A DNA stretch of 64,000 nt from the sequence record AY587007.1; one strand, 5' to 3'. Of the stretch, positions 18,056 through 28,387 are shown piece by piece. Every line of letters begins with the position of its first letter. Position 1 is the first letter of the stretch. Under the pieces are notes generated by a model, which worked only from the letters and a program-made list of their open reading frames with translations, did no database searches and had not been told where the DNA came from. A program made the translations under genes and the position numbers. This DNA comes from Escherichia phage T5.

Positions 18056-18340
18056 ATGCTTACAGAGCCTGATGCTCACCAATTATTGGTCGGTTCCTCA
18101 TTCATTTTGAATGAATCAACAATAGTTGATAATCCAAATAAATTGTCTAATAGGCAACTGGCAGAATATCTAGGAATTTTAAGTCTACGAAATTATGCCG
18201 AATACAAGTTTACAAACGATCCTAGTTTGGACATACAATATGTTCCAGTATGGATACCACGTTTAGTAATCGACACTAACCCACTAATCGCAATTAACAA
18301 ATCGAAATTAATCTTTAAAGAGGAAATAAAATATGGCTAA
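18056..18340 (+). CDS. hypothetical protein
   Basis: 94-aa ORF between the two tandem promoters and the next gene; no motif recognised. Confidence 0.35.
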   Translation: MLTEPDAHQLLVGSSFILNESTIVDNPNKLSNRQLAEYLGILSLRNYAEYKFTNDPSLDIQYVPVWIPRLVIDTNPLIAINKSKLIFKEEIKYG

Positions 18341-19106
18341 GTCTTGGGGCGAAACTACTGGCGGTTCTAACGATAAAATCGAATTCCTGAAGTTCAACAA
18401 CGGTATCACTCGTGTTCGTATCGTTTCTGGTGTTCTTCCACGTTATGTCTATTGGCTGACTAATAAAGAGGGTAGCGTAGCTCCTTTCGAATGTCTCCGT
18501 TTTAACCGTGACAAAGAGAGCTTTGTTCGTGGTAAAGCTGATCCGGTTCATGAGTTGGGCTTCTTTGAGAAAGAGCTGGATAAAGATGGCAATCGTGTAC
18601 CGCTGAAACCGAAGAAAAACTATATCGCTTTTGTTATCGACCGTTCTGATAACAAACTGAAAGTAATGGAAGTCAAAGCTACTATTCTGAAAGGCATCCA
18701 GTCTATCATGAAGCAGTTGAATCTGGCAACTCCGTTTGATATTGATATTTCTATCGAGAAAAAAGGCAAAGGTTTCGATACTGAGTATGATGTACAGCAG
18801 ATTGCTGCTATGCAGTTCCAGATTAAGCTGCAAGATCCTAACAGTGCAGAATCTAAGCAATATGCTGCAGATGTAGATCTGATTGGTGAAGCTATGTGTG
18901 ACGAAGATGGCGACATCATTAAGTTCGAGAAAGTTCCTTCTCTGGAACAAACCTATCCGGTTCCTACCTATGAAGAGCAGAAAGAAGCAATTCAAGCCTT
19001 CATGGAAGGTCGTGAGAATAAAGATGACGATGCCAAGTCTGGTAACAGCAATGCTGGTTCTCAGAAAGGTATTGACCAGGAAGCTGCAAGCGATCTGGAT
19101 GACTAA
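18333..19106 (+). CDS. hypothetical abundant early protein with acidic C-terminal tail (SSB-like?)
   Basis: 257 aa; strong major-codon bias; acidic C-terminus DQEAASDLDD reminiscent of SSB tails; followed by a strong terminator. Confidence 0.5.
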   Translation: MAKSWGETTGGSNDKIEFLKFNNGITRVRIVSGVLPRYVYWLTNKEGSVAPFECLRFNRDKESFVRGKADPVHELGFFEKELDKDGNRVPLKPKKNYIAFVIDRSDNKLKVMEVKATILKGIQSIMKQLNLATPFDIDISIEKKGKGFDTEYDVQQIAAMQFQIKLQDPNSAESKQYAADVDLIGEAMCDEDGDIIKFEKVPSLEQTYPVPTYEEQKEAIQAFMEGRENKDDDAKSGNSNAGSQKGIDQEAASDLDD

Positions 19107-19113
19107 TAAATAG

Positions 19114-19137
19114 AGGGGCTTCGGCCCCTTTCTTTTT
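19114..19137 (+). terminator. rho-independent terminator
   Basis: AGGGGC-ttcg-GCCCCT hairpin followed by TTCTTTTT. Confidence 0.7.
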
Positions 19138-19142
19138 AATAT

Positions 19143-20120
19143 ATGAGAATATTATTTAGTGCTGATCATCATATCAAACTAGGACAAGATAAAGTTCCAA
19201 AGGAATGGCAGAAGCGTCGCTTCCTGATGCTAGGAGAACGGTTAAATGATATATTCCATAATCATAACTGTGATCTTCATATTGCTGGTGGTGATATACT
19301 TGATGTTGCCGACCCGTCGTCAGAAGAAATAGAACTGCTTGAACAGTTCATGTCAAGACTTGACCATCCAGGCAAAATTTTTACTGGAAATCATGAAATG
19401 TTAACTAAAACCATTTCGTGTCTGTATCATTACGCAGGGGTTATTAATAAAGTAACTAGTGGGAAGTGGGAAGTAATTACCAAACCATATCGTTCCCCTG
19501 AATTTGATATTGTTCCGTATGATGAGATCCATAAAGCTAAGTGGAAACCTCCGGTATCAAAACTATGTTTCACGCATGTTCGTGGTGAAATCCCTCCACA
19601 TGTAAAACCAGAAATTGATCTAACTAAGTACAACTGTTATGATACTGTAATTGCTGGCGATTTACATTCTTATACTAATAGCCAGACTATCGGATCTACT
19701 AGACTCCTCTACCCAGGGTCTCCATTAACTACATCGTTCCATAGAGAACGCACAAAAGGTACAAATGGTTGCTTTATTATTGATACCGACACATTAAAAG
19801 TAGAATGGATTGAACTAGGTGATTTACCACAACTGATTCGTAAAACAATCGGAGCAGGTGAAGAGATGGAACCTAGTGATTATGATCGTGTAGTCTACGA
19901 AGTTACTGGTGACGTTGTTCAATTAAAGTCTATCAAAGACTCTGATTTATTAGATAAGAAGATTAACCATCGAGTTACTAAAGACGCTAAGTTAAATCTT
20001 GTTGATCTTGATATGTTAGGTGAACTTGAACTTTACTTCCGTGAAGTCGAGAAGCTATCTCAAGGCGACATTGATAGAATCTTGGCTAGAGCTGCGAAAT
20101 ATGTCAAAGATTACAATTAA
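19143..20120 (+). CDS. Mre11/SbcD-like nuclease (D12-like)
   Basis: 325 aa; calcineurin-like phosphoesterase motifs at the N-terminus (SADHH, GDILD, GNHE). Confidence 0.85.
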   Translation: MRILFSADHHIKLGQDKVPKEWQKRRFLMLGERLNDIFHNHNCDLHIAGGDILDVADPSSEEIELLEQFMSRLDHPGKIFTGNHEMLTKTISCLYHYAGVINKVTSGKWEVITKPYRSPEFDIVPYDEIHKAKWKPPVSKLCFTHVRGEIPPHVKPEIDLTKYNCYDTVIAGDLHSYTNSQTIGSTRLLYPGSPLTTSFHRERTKGTNGCFIIDTDTLKVEWIELGDLPQLIRKTIGAGEEMEPSDYDRVVYEVTGDVVQLKSIKDSDLLDKKINHRVTKDAKLNLVDLDMLGELELYFREVEKLSQGDIDRILARAAKYVKDYN

Positions 20121-21939
20121 GACACTAAAATTTAGTAACGTTATGTCTTACGGTAAGGACATCGTAATTCATTTCGATAAGAATCCAGTTACTCAACTAA
20201 TTGGGGGCAATGGGCTAGGGAAATCCACCATCGCTACGGTTATCGAGGAGTTGTTTTATAACAAGAACTCTCGAGGTATCAAGAAGGATGCATTGTTCTC
20301 TTGGAATGCCCCTAAGAAAGAATACGATATGCACGCTTACTTCTCAAAAGATGAAGATGAGTATGAATTGCATAAAGTAGTTAAATCAACTGCTAAAGTT
20401 ACACTCATTAAGAATGGAGAAGATATTAGTGGGCATACGGCAACCCAAACATATAAGATGATTGAAGAGATTATGGGTGGTGACTTTCAAACATTCACCA
20501 AACTAATTTATCAATCAGTGGGTTCCAACCTAGATTTTCTAAAAGCAACGGATGCAACACGTAAGGCTTTTCTTGTTAACTTGTTCAATCAAGAGCAATA
20601 CAAAGAAATGTCGGAAACTATTAAGGCTGACCGTAAAGAAATAGCAAATACCTTAAATAATTTGCAGGGCCAGATGGCTGTAATTACGAAAATCCTTAAT
20701 GGGAAAAATAATCTAGGAACTTTGCAGGAACCTGTAGAAGTACCGGAGTTTGATGAAGAGCCATTAGCACAAGAACTTACTGAATCGAAAATTAAGGCGG
20801 CATTAGCCAAGTCTCAAGAGGCTAATATTACTAAGTTGCGTAATTTGGACAAAGCTGTACAAGTTGCCGAACAATCTTTCGAACCTTTCAAAAATTTGCC
20901 CGCGCCCACCGACCAAAATGAAGAGATCTCGAGTGTTACGCGTGACCTAACGATTGTGACCTCACGTGCGAGCGAAGTTAAGAAACGTTATCAGAAGTTC
21001 AAGCAAGAGGCTTCAAATACTGAATGTCCTACTTGCGGTACTCATCTGGATACAACTGCTGCTCAAAAAGCCATGGATATGGCTAGAGTAGAATATGATC
21101 CTCTGTTCAAAGAGAAGCAATCTCTTGAAGCTAAGCTAGAACAGTTGAAGAAAGAACAACTTGAGTACGTTGCGTATACTAGAGCAAAGGATGCTTTGGA
21201 TAAAGCAGTGGTAGCTAGAGACGAGTTCAAAAATTCAATGAGTGATGCTTCTTTTGAAGAACTCAATGTGCAAATCCTACAGGTGCAAATCCGACAATTA
21301 GAGCAGGAAATCGCTGATGGCCGTTCTAAGGTTGCAATTGCCAAAGAGCATAATGCAACTGTCGAATTAGCCAATGCAAAATATAAAGCAAAGCTAGAAC
21401 AGATTGAGAAAGCAGAAGCAGAAATGACTGAGATTACCTCCAAACTGGATGGAGTATCAGAAGCTGTTGCTGATCTCGATATTCTAATTGCTGCATTGAA
21501 AAATCTGGTGGGGTATAAACTAGAGCATAGTGTGAAAGTATTTGAAGAGCTAATTAATAAATATCTTTCTATTATGACTGGCGGTAAATTCGCACTTGGA
21601 TTTGAACTTGATGAAACAAAATTACAAGTAGTAATCTTCAATGATGGAAATCGTACCAGTATGGAGAACTGCTCTACTGGTCAGCAAAGTCGAATTAATC
21701 TAGCAACCCTGTTAGCTATTCGGATGCTGTTAACATCTATTAGTAAAGTTAATATTAATCTTCTATTCCTTGATGAAGTAATTAGCTTTATTGATACGAA
21801 AGGACTTGATACTCTCGTTGAACTATTAAATGAGGAAGAAAGTCTAAATTCTATCATTGTTTCTCATGGGCATACGCATCCATTAGCTCATAAGATTACT
21901 GTCAAAAAAGATGCAGAAGGATTTTCCTACTTAGAATAA
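20101..21939 (+). CDS. Rad50/SbcC-like ATPase with CxxC zinc hook (D13-like)
   Basis: Start taken at ATG 20101 (MSKITIK), overlapping the upstream gene; Walker A GGNGLGKST, coiled-coil middle with ECPTCG hook, C-terminal LLFLDEV Walker B/D-loop. Confidence 0.85.
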   Translation: MSKITIKTLKFSNVMSYGKDIVIHFDKNPVTQLIGGNGLGKSTIATVIEELFYNKNSRGIKKDALFSWNAPKKEYDMHAYFSKDEDEYELHKVVKSTAKVTLIKNGEDISGHTATQTYKMIEEIMGGDFQTFTKLIYQSVGSNLDFLKATDATRKAFLVNLFNQEQYKEMSETIKADRKEIANTLNNLQGQMAVITKILNGKNNLGTLQEPVEVPEFDEEPLAQELTESKIKAALAKSQEANITKLRNLDKAVQVAEQSFEPFKNLPAPTDQNEEISSVTRDLTIVTSRASEVKKRYQKFKQEASNTECPTCGTHLDTTAAQKAMDMARVEYDPLFKEKQSLEAKLEQLKKEQLEYVAYTRAKDALDKAVVARDEFKNSMSDASFEELNVQILQVQIRQLEQEIADGRSKVAIAKEHNATVELANAKYKAKLEQIEKAEAEMTEITSKLDGVSEAVADLDILIAALKNLVGYKLEHSVKVFEELINKYLSIMTGGKFALGFELDETKLQVVIFNDGNRTSMENCSTGQQSRINLATLLAIRMLLTSISKVNINLLFLDEVISFIDTKGLDTLVELLNEEESLNSIIVSHGHTHPLAHKITVKKDAEGFSYLE

Positions 21940-21942
21940 AAC

Positions 21943-22425
21943 ATGGCTGTAGATAGTAGAGAGAAAGGTAAACGTGGAGAATATCAGGTAAGAGATATTC
22001 TACGTGAGCGTACAGGTCTTGAGTGGGAACGTGTTCCTGGCTCTGGTGCTTTTGGCCAGAGCCACGGACTGAAAGGTGACATCTACCTTCCACCACAAAG
22101 TGGACACATTAGTAAATACTGCTTCGAAGTTAAGTGGTATAAAGATGATAATATATCAAGTAATTTATTTAATGTTGGTGAATCCACTCTAGAGAAGTGG
22201 TGGCAGCAGTGCTCACGTGAAGGTGAGCAGATGAACTCCAAACCTGCATTAATATTCAAAAAAGACAGAGGACAGTGGTTAATAGCTTTGGATAGCTCAG
22301 ACCCGATGGTTGACAACTTAATGAGTCGTACCCATATGGTGTTAAATAAGAAAGACATGGAAATCGTAATTGGTTTATTTGAGCCGTGGCTACATCATGC
22401 ATCTGTTGAGGACTTAATTAAATAA
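21943..22425 (+). CDS. Hjc-like PD-(D/E)xK nuclease, putative Holliday junction resolvase
   Basis: 160 aa; KRGEYQVRDILRERTGLEWERVPGSGA followed by GDIY...FEVKW (D...E-x-K) matches the archaeal Hjc-type arrangement. Confidence 0.5.
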   Translation: MAVDSREKGKRGEYQVRDILRERTGLEWERVPGSGAFGQSHGLKGDIYLPPQSGHISKYCFEVKWYKDDNISSNLFNVGESTLEKWWQQCSREGEQMNSKPALIFKKDRGQWLIALDSSDPMVDNLMSRTHMVLNKKDMEIVIGLFEPWLHHASVEDLIK

Positions 22426-23300
22426 TGAGTAAATCCTGGGGAAAATTTATTGAAGAAGAGGAAGCTGAAATGGCTTCCCGTCGTAATCTAATGATTGTCG
22501 ATGGAACTAACTTAGGCTTTCGCTTCAAACATAACAATAGTAAAAAACCATTTGCCTCAAGTTATGTTTCAACTATTCAATCTCTGGCAAAATCCTACTC
22601 TGCCAGAACTACGATTGTTCTAGGTGATAAGGGAAAATCTGTATTTCGTCTAGAACATCTACCAGAGTATAAAGGTAATCGTGATGAAAAGTACGCACAA
22701 CGTACGGAAGAGGAGAAAGCGCTAGATGAGCAGTTCTTTGAGTATTTGAAGGATGCTTTCGAGTTGTGTAAAACTACATTCCCAACTTTTACCATTCGTG
22801 GTGTAGAAGCAGACGATATGGCAGCTTATATTGTTAAGCTCATCGGGCATCTTTATGATCACGTTTGGCTAATATCTACAGATGGTGACTGGGATACTTT
22901 ATTAACGGATAAAGTTTCTCGTTTTTCTTTCACAACACGTCGTGAGTATCATCTTCGTGATATGTATGAACATCATAATGTTGATGATGTTGAGCAGTTT
23001 ATCTCCCTGAAAGCAATTATGGGAGATCTAGGAGATAATATTCGTGGTGTTGAAGGAATAGGAGCAAAACGCGGATATAATATTATTCGTGAGTTTGGTA
23101 ACGTACTGGATATTATTGATCAGCTTCCACTGCCTGGAAAGCAGAAATATATACAGAACCTGAATGCATCGGAAGAACTGCTTTTCCGAAACTTGATTCT
23201 GGTTGATTTACCTACCTACTGTGTGGATGCTATTGCTGCTGTAGGTCAAGATGTGTTAGATAAGTTTACAAAAGATATTTTGGAGATTGCAGAACAATGA
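22425..23300 (+). CDS. D15: flap endonuclease / 5'-3' exonuclease
   Basis: 291 aa; I recognise the sequence (MSKSWGKFIEEEEAEMASRRNLMIVDGTNLGFRF...) as the T5 D15 5'-exonuclease; PIN-like acidic residues and H3TH motif GIGAKRG. Confidence 0.9.
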   Translation: MSKSWGKFIEEEEAEMASRRNLMIVDGTNLGFRFKHNNSKKPFASSYVSTIQSLAKSYSARTTIVLGDKGKSVFRLEHLPEYKGNRDEKYAQRTEEEKALDEQFFEYLKDAFELCKTTFPTFTIRGVEADDMAAYIVKLIGHLYDHVWLISTDGDWDTLLTDKVSRFSFTTRREYHLRDMYEHHNVDDVEQFISLKAIMGDLGDNIRGVEGIGAKRGYNIIREFGNVLDIIDQLPLPGKQKYIQNLNASEELLFRNLILVDLPTYCVDAIAAVGQDVLDKFTKDILEIAEQ

Positions 23301-23743
23301 TTAAAATTAAGTTAACTCATCCAGATTGTATGCCTAAGATTGGATCTGAAGATGCCGCAGGTATGGATCTGCGAGCATTCTTTGGTACTAATCCTGCAGC
23401 GGATTTACGAGCTATTGCACCAGGCAAATCCCTAATGATTGACACCGGTGTTGCGGTAGAAATTCCGCGAGGTTGGTTCGGTTTGGTGGTTCCTCGTAGC
23501 TCTTTAGGTAAGCGCCATTTGATGATCGCAAACACCGCAGGAGTGATCGACTCAGACTATCGTGGTACTATTAAGATGAACCTCTATAATTATGGTTCTG
23601 AAATGCAAACTCTAGAGAATTTCGAAAGACTTTGTCAGTTGGTAGTGCTACCACATTATTCAACCCATAACTTTAAAATCGTTGACGAACTAGAGGAGAC
23701 TATTCGTGGAGAAGGCGGATTTGGAAGTTCAGGAAGCAAATAA
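23297..23743 (+). CDS. dut: dUTP diphosphatase
   Basis: 148 aa; dUTPase motifs PRSSLGKRH and AGVIDSDYRG, C-terminal RGEGGFGSSG. Confidence 0.85.
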   Translation: MIKIKLTHPDCMPKIGSEDAAGMDLRAFFGTNPAADLRAIAPGKSLMIDTGVAVEIPRGWFGLVVPRSSLGKRHLMIANTAGVIDSDYRGTIKMNLYNYGSEMQTLENFERLCQLVVLPHYSTHNFKIVDELEETIRGEGGFGSSGSK

Positions 23744-23969
23744 TTTTACTGATCCTAATATAGTAGGTACTGATACTAGTACACCAACTTATCAGACTAA
23801 AACTACAGAACCAGAAACGTTTGTACTAAAAACAGACAAAGAAGGTAATGTTACTTTCTGGGATCCTGAAGGTTTTGTAGAGCTTTGTACTAATACAGAT
23901 AATGATCAGTTAAAATTACTACTAACTATTTATAATCTTGGTATTATAGAAGGTTGTAGAAGTGAATAA
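23706..23969 (+). CDS. hypothetical protein
   Basis: 87 aa, last ORF of the plus-strand block before the convergent terminators. Confidence 0.4.
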   Translation: MEKADLEVQEANNFTDPNIVGTDTSTPTYQTKTTEPETFVLKTDKEGNVTFWDPEGFVELCTNTDNDQLKLLLTIYNLGIIEGCRSE

Positions 23970-23971
23970 TA

Positions 23972-24012
23972 GAAAAACCCCAGTGGACAAAATCCACTGG
24001 GGTTTCTTTTTT
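23972..24012. terminator. bidirectional rho-independent terminator
   Basis: 13-bp perfect stem AAACCCCAGTGGA / TCCACTGGGGTTT flanked by an A-run upstream and a T-run downstream, at the junction of convergent early and late blocks. Confidence 0.7.
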
Positions 24013-24173
24013 ATTAAACCTTACTAGCAAGTAAAGAATTAACTACTTGGGTTAAGTCTGCTATTTGCTTTTTAAAATCTCTATTAGACAATTAGCTGAG
24101 TGTTTGTCATATAATATTGCTATTGAATACCTAGCTCGATGATGTTTCCCTGTAAAATGCTATGTGAAAATAA

Positions 24174-24198
24174 AGGGGCCTAATGACCCCTCTTTTTT
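24174..24198. terminator. terminator hairpin at the early/late junction
   Basis: AGGGG-cctaatga-CCCCT followed by CTTTTTT; abuts the stop codon of the tail fibre gene. Confidence 0.5.
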
Positions 24199-27100
24199 AC
24201 ATACCTAATTTATCCTCAATTGCAGATAACCTCGCTTCAAATCCTTTTGCGATAAAAAGGTTTAACTCTTCAAGGCGGAATGAGTAATGATCGCCAGCCG
24301 GGATTGTTTTGTAGATCGGGTTTTCAGTTCCATCTTCATTTGCAGGGCCGTATTCAGAAACAACCGTATGTTCATCCCATTTGTCATAGCAGATGAAACC
24401 ATATTTGAACGGATCAAGCCCAAAACTTTCCATGATCTCAATTGCACGCTGCACGGTCAAACCGCAGTGTTCGCGAATATCATTCATGTCAGCTTGCTCC
24501 TTCCACGTCCAAAACCCAATCTCCTTCGCAATAGCTTTGGCCGCTTCGGTTTCAGGATCGCTCATGGCTCGAACATCGTTCTTCAATCTAGCATCGGAGG
24601 TGTTAATTGTACCATTTACGGCGTAAACCTGCTTAACCCTACCAGATCCCCAGCCTAAGTTATATCTGTTATCTGCCATCGGCATTAACGTTCCGTTATG
24701 GTCAACCCCCCACCGTGGGAGACGAGAGATGCTTCCAGACTCACATGTCTCCAACACAACCTGTGTTGGCGTTGAAGTTGGACCCCACCCCCCAGCGGAC
24801 TTAATTGCTACACTACCACGCATTGAGTCGAACTTCTCTCCATCATGACCAGACGCACCAATATAGAAAGTCGAACCGGGTTGTGTAGCGCCAATATATC
24901 GCGTCGTATCTGCTAGACTACCATCACACCACATAGCTCGAATAGCTGGCGCCGAGGCCCCAGAACCACGTGGCGCAATCAAGTCAATCTCTGGTGCCTG
25001 GGGTGCAACAATTTTCAGCCCTCGTCCATCCTGTATACTCGGGGCGTTAAACCTAGGCACAGCAGCATTTAGTGTTTCAATGCTACGCACCAACCCAAGA
25101 TCTGAGTGCATAGCTCCATCTGGAACTAGCCAAAGATCTCCATTATCTGACAGTCTGAATGCCGGAACCCTATCGCTAATCGTCTTACCTTTAGGAGTGA
25201 CAAGTAAACGAATCCACCCCCCGTGATTGGTTGCCGATGTATCGCCAGCCCCCAGGAAATGCAATGCTGCATTGCTATGTTCAGTATATGTAGAACCTAA
25301 CCACGGGCGTGAACCATAACCACCTAAAAGCTGGTTGTTCTTCGTTACGCTATTGGACGCTCCGCGAGTGTAGTTATGGAACACGGCAGAACCTCCAGCC
25401 GTATTCTCAATACCAAAAGAACACTCCGTTGCGCTATCGCCGATAAAGTTAACGCCAATCCCGGTTGTCGCGGTTGTCTCCTTCAGTGGTAAGCTCTGTG
25501 ACGCGGTAACATCAATCTCTTTGCTATTGACACCACCCTTAACAACCAAATCACCATTTGGTGAAAGAATCATCTGACCTTCCGATATCCCATCACCATT
25601 TGGTCGAAAATATATCATTTGACCAGCTTTTGCGCTAATGATTGGAGAGCCTGCATTGTTGCAACGAATTGCCGCACCTTGACCAAATGAGATTTTTGTG
25701 TCTCCAGCGCTGGCCGATGTGCAAGAAATTTCAACCTGGTTATCTAGCGACGTTGCCCCCGCTGGACGAAGCTGCAATAGTCTATCAGTTCCGCCAGAGG
25801 AAGATAAAATCAATCTACCTTCACCACCTTCACGAACTATAGAGCCGCGACCAATTACGATCCCCTTATCAGACGATGGCATTTTTGATGTAGCGCCGCC
25901 ACCAACACCGAGGTTTCCGTTCAGAACGCCAGCGCCACCAACCGAAAGCTCATTACCAGACAGGCGACCTGATACGCTCATTGACTTAACACTCACATCT
26001 TGGTTCATGCCGCTGACAACAGACTCACGCCAGGCTGACCACGTGCCATTGCTACAATAACGTGTAAACTCACGATTTAAGTCAGTGCCAAAAAGTCGCT
26101 GGCGGTTAGTGAAATCAGTGTCACCCACTTTGCGGATTGACTCGACGTAAAGAATGAAGTTACCACCTATTCCGCTTGGCTTGTTGGTAATGTTGTTGCC
26201 GCCACCAGCACTAACGCACTGGTAAACACGAATCGACCCGGGATCGCTTTTCTTAATCATCAAGGAGTTAAGATCAAGTTCCTGGTCACTAATGTTTTTA
26301 GCCTCCCAAGGTCCGGCGAATCCATTAGTAAAATCCATTAGCCCAGCAACAGAGAAACCAGCATCCATCATCTTGCGCGTTACAATCTTGCTGTTTTGTT
26401 TATGATCAGGATTCTCACCAAAAGCTAGATCTCCATCAATATCAATACCTAGAAGCTTTGCGTTCATGTTATTGAGCTTGAATCCAACCGACACATTAGA
26501 ATCTGAGTCGCGCACTAACATGATGGGCGTATGTTGCTTACCACTGACTCGCAGGTTTGTAGCAGCTGTGTTTGTGTCATCGTTGGAAAATTCAGCAGTC
26601 CGAGATGAGATCTTATAACTGATCTTTGCATCTTTCGCTTCGATTCGCCCATCGTGACGCACGATAAAATCTCCAGTACTGGTGCCGTCGGAAGTCTTAG
26701 CCCTGATGTGGATTTCGCCAAGTGAGCCATTGTTTGGTGGTGACCAAATAACACCGCGCTCGCCTCCGTCGTTGTTCATGAACCACAGATGGGCGTTTCC
26801 TTGTGTTGATTTTAACCTGATAGACGGCGTTTCTTTCCGTATATCAAGATCACCTGACATAACATCGCCTGCTTTTTTCACCTGCGCATCGTTAGTTACG
26901 TTGCCAAGTCCAACGTCCGATTTCGACGGTTTGTTTGCCGTGCCGTAGAGAGTGTTGGCGTAAACAATGTCACTTGCAAGGTTGCGGTCAGTGGTTGCTA
27001 GCACCTTAACGATTCCAGTGTTGTACTGCACGTTAATTGCAGCATGGGTATCTCCGCAATGAGAGTAAAAGCCAGAACCGTGATCGTTAATATCAACGTT

Positions 27101-28387
27101 TGCACCTGATTCGCGAGCCGCTCGCCAGTATTGACCGCCATTAGCTTTAAGCTTGTTGATCAAGTCTACGTTGCTCTGCACGGAGCTATAGGAAAGACCG
27201 TTACCGCCAAGACCGAAAGCGCCTACAAGCATAGCATTTTCAAGGCCCAAGTCTGCCTTAGTAGGCTTATTTACCTGGTCGTAAATCCTTGCGGCTAGGC
27301 TTTCAATAAATCCTGATGGTTGAGTATCTTGACTAACAAATCCTTCTGGAATGTATAATTCAGTCCTGCCAGTCTGTGCCAGTACTGCAACCCTTGTTTC
27401 TTTAATAAAGGCTCGCTGATAGCACCAGACTTCGAAATAGCCATCACCTTCTACAAGGCCGTAACGCAGTTGGTTATCCCAGGCAAGGTTTGGTGAACCG
27501 AGTCGGCGAACACTTAAAAATTTAGTTATATTTTCACTGGTTACCCCTCTTGCATCGTTAAGACCGCGAGCAGATATCTCTACAAAGTCAATATTACCGT
27601 AACTTGAACCGTAGTTACCGCCATTTGTAATCATTAGCGTTAGGTGACAGCTTACTGCACCTGGATCGGTAAGTTTAGCTATCTTGACGTAAACGCTATT
27701 GTTGTTTGTACCGACGGGCCAGTCGTATTGCGTTACTGGGCTTACGAGTTCACTTGCCATATCGAGATATTCTTTCGCCTTATTCTCTGACGTTTTGGCA
27801 TTGGTTTCGCTTGTTTTTGCTGCTGTCTCGCTTTTCTTTGCATTGGTTTCTGATGTTTTTGCTGCTGTGGCAGAGTTTGCAGCCGCTGTTTTTGATGCAT
27901 CCGCCGCCTGAGCGCTATTACCAGCATTTGTTTCAGATGTTTTTGCGGCCCTCGCGGAATTTTCTGCCGCCGTTGCAAAGGAAGATGCGCTACTAGCACT
28001 TGATGCTGCGTTCGTTTCTGAAGTTTTTGCAGCATTTTTACTATTATTGGCGTTAGTCTCGGAAGTTTTTGCAGCTTTAGCACTATTAGCAGAAGCAGTA
28101 GCAGAGGAGGCAGACTGAGTTGCAGATTGCTGAGAAGATGTTGCGGAAATTTCTGCCTCATTCTCAGAATCTTTGGCATTTAACTCTGATTGCTTAGCAT
28201 TAATTTCAGACTGCTTAGCTGCAGCAGCGGATGCTTTAGAAGACTCTATCGCAGAGGTTAGCTCTGCAGCAGTAATAGAGCTAATGGAATTAGAAAGCAC
28301 AACTGTATACTTAGGATATTTACTTGCAGTTATACTATTCTGGTCCATAGTGACCATTTGCTGTAGAATTATTTTAGTTATAGCCAT
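24197..28387 (-). CDS. ltf: L-shaped tail fibre protein with C-terminal intramolecular chaperone domain (pb1-like)
   Basis: 1396 aa; N-terminal Ala/Ser/Thr-rich repeats (AAKTSETNA); C-terminal S74-type intramolecular chaperone signature (SDARLKNDV...). Confidence 0.85.
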   Translation of the reverse strand: MAITKIILQQMVTMDQNSITASKYPKYTVVLSNSISSITAAELTSAIESSKASAAAAKQSEINAKQSELNAKDSENEAEISATSSQQSATQSASSATASANSAKAAKTSETNANNSKNAAKTSETNAASSASSASSFATAAENSARAAKTSETNAGNSAQAADASKTAAANSATAAKTSETNAKKSETAAKTSETNAKTSENKAKEYLDMASELVSPVTQYDWPVGTNNNSVYVKIAKLTDPGAVSCHLTLMITNGGNYGSSYGNIDFVEISARGLNDARGVTSENITKFLSVRRLGSPNLAWDNQLRYGLVEGDGYFEVWCYQRAFIKETRVAVLAQTGRTELYIPEGFVSQDTQPSGFIESLAARIYDQVNKPTKADLGLENAMLVGAFGLGGNGLSYSSVQSNVDLINKLKANGGQYWRAARESGANVDINDHGSGFYSHCGDTHAAINVQYNTGIVKVLATTDRNLASDIVYANTLYGTANKPSKSDVGLGNVTNDAQVKKAGDVMSGDLDIRKETPSIRLKSTQGNAHLWFMNNDGGERGVIWSPPNNGSLGEIHIRAKTSDGTSTGDFIVRHDGRIEAKDAKISYKISSRTAEFSNDDTNTAATNLRVSGKQHTPIMLVRDSDSNVSVGFKLNNMNAKLLGIDIDGDLAFGENPDHKQNSKIVTRKMMDAGFSVAGLMDFTNGFAGPWEAKNISDQELDLNSLMIKKSDPGSIRVYQCVSAGGGNNITNKPSGIGGNFILYVESIRKVGDTDFTNRQRLFGTDLNREFTRYCSNGTWSAWRESVVSGMNQDVSVKSMSVSGRLSGNELSVGGAGVLNGNLGVGGGATSKMPSSDKGIVIGRGSIVREGGEGRLILSSSGGTDRLLQLRPAGATSLDNQVEISCTSASAGDTKISFGQGAAIRCNNAGSPIISAKAGQMIYFRPNGDGISEGQMILSPNGDLVVKGGVNSKEIDVTASQSLPLKETTATTGIGVNFIGDSATECSFGIENTAGGSAVFHNYTRGASNSVTKNNQLLGGYGSRPWLGSTYTEHSNAALHFLGAGDTSATNHGGWIRLLVTPKGKTISDRVPAFRLSDNGDLWLVPDGAMHSDLGLVRSIETLNAAVPRFNAPSIQDGRGLKIVAPQAPEIDLIAPRGSGASAPAIRAMWCDGSLADTTRYIGATQPGSTFYIGASGHDGEKFDSMRGSVAIKSAGGWGPTSTPTQVVLETCESGSISRLPRWGVDHNGTLMPMADNRYNLGWGSGRVKQVYAVNGTINTSDARLKNDVRAMSDPETEAAKAIAKEIGFWTWKEQADMNDIREHCGLTVQRAIEIMESFGLDPFKYGFICYDKWDEHTVVSEYGPANEDGTENPIYKTIPAGDHYSFRLEELNLFIAKGFEARLSAIEDKLGM
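27790..28110. repeat. imperfect tandem nucleotide repeats encoding the AAKTSETNA units of the tail fibre N-terminus
   Basis: Recurring GTTTC(G/T)...GTTTTTGC(A/T)GC units on the plus strand, giving at least five AAKTSETNA peptide repeats. Confidence 0.6.

Noticed and set aside
18315-18995. 226-aa minus-strand ORF (and similar antisense ORFs at 2879-3250, 6472-6774, 6808-7200, 9602-10111, 21063-21641)
   Set aside because: They lie entirely antisense to well-supported plus-strand genes with motifs, have low-complexity translations and no RBS; treated as spurious.
27706-28179. Alternative-frame ORFs inside the tail fibre repeat region (27706-27996 plus strand, 27742-28179 minus strand)
   Set aside because: Products of the repetitive nucleotide tract; the long tail fibre frame with coherent domains is the real gene.
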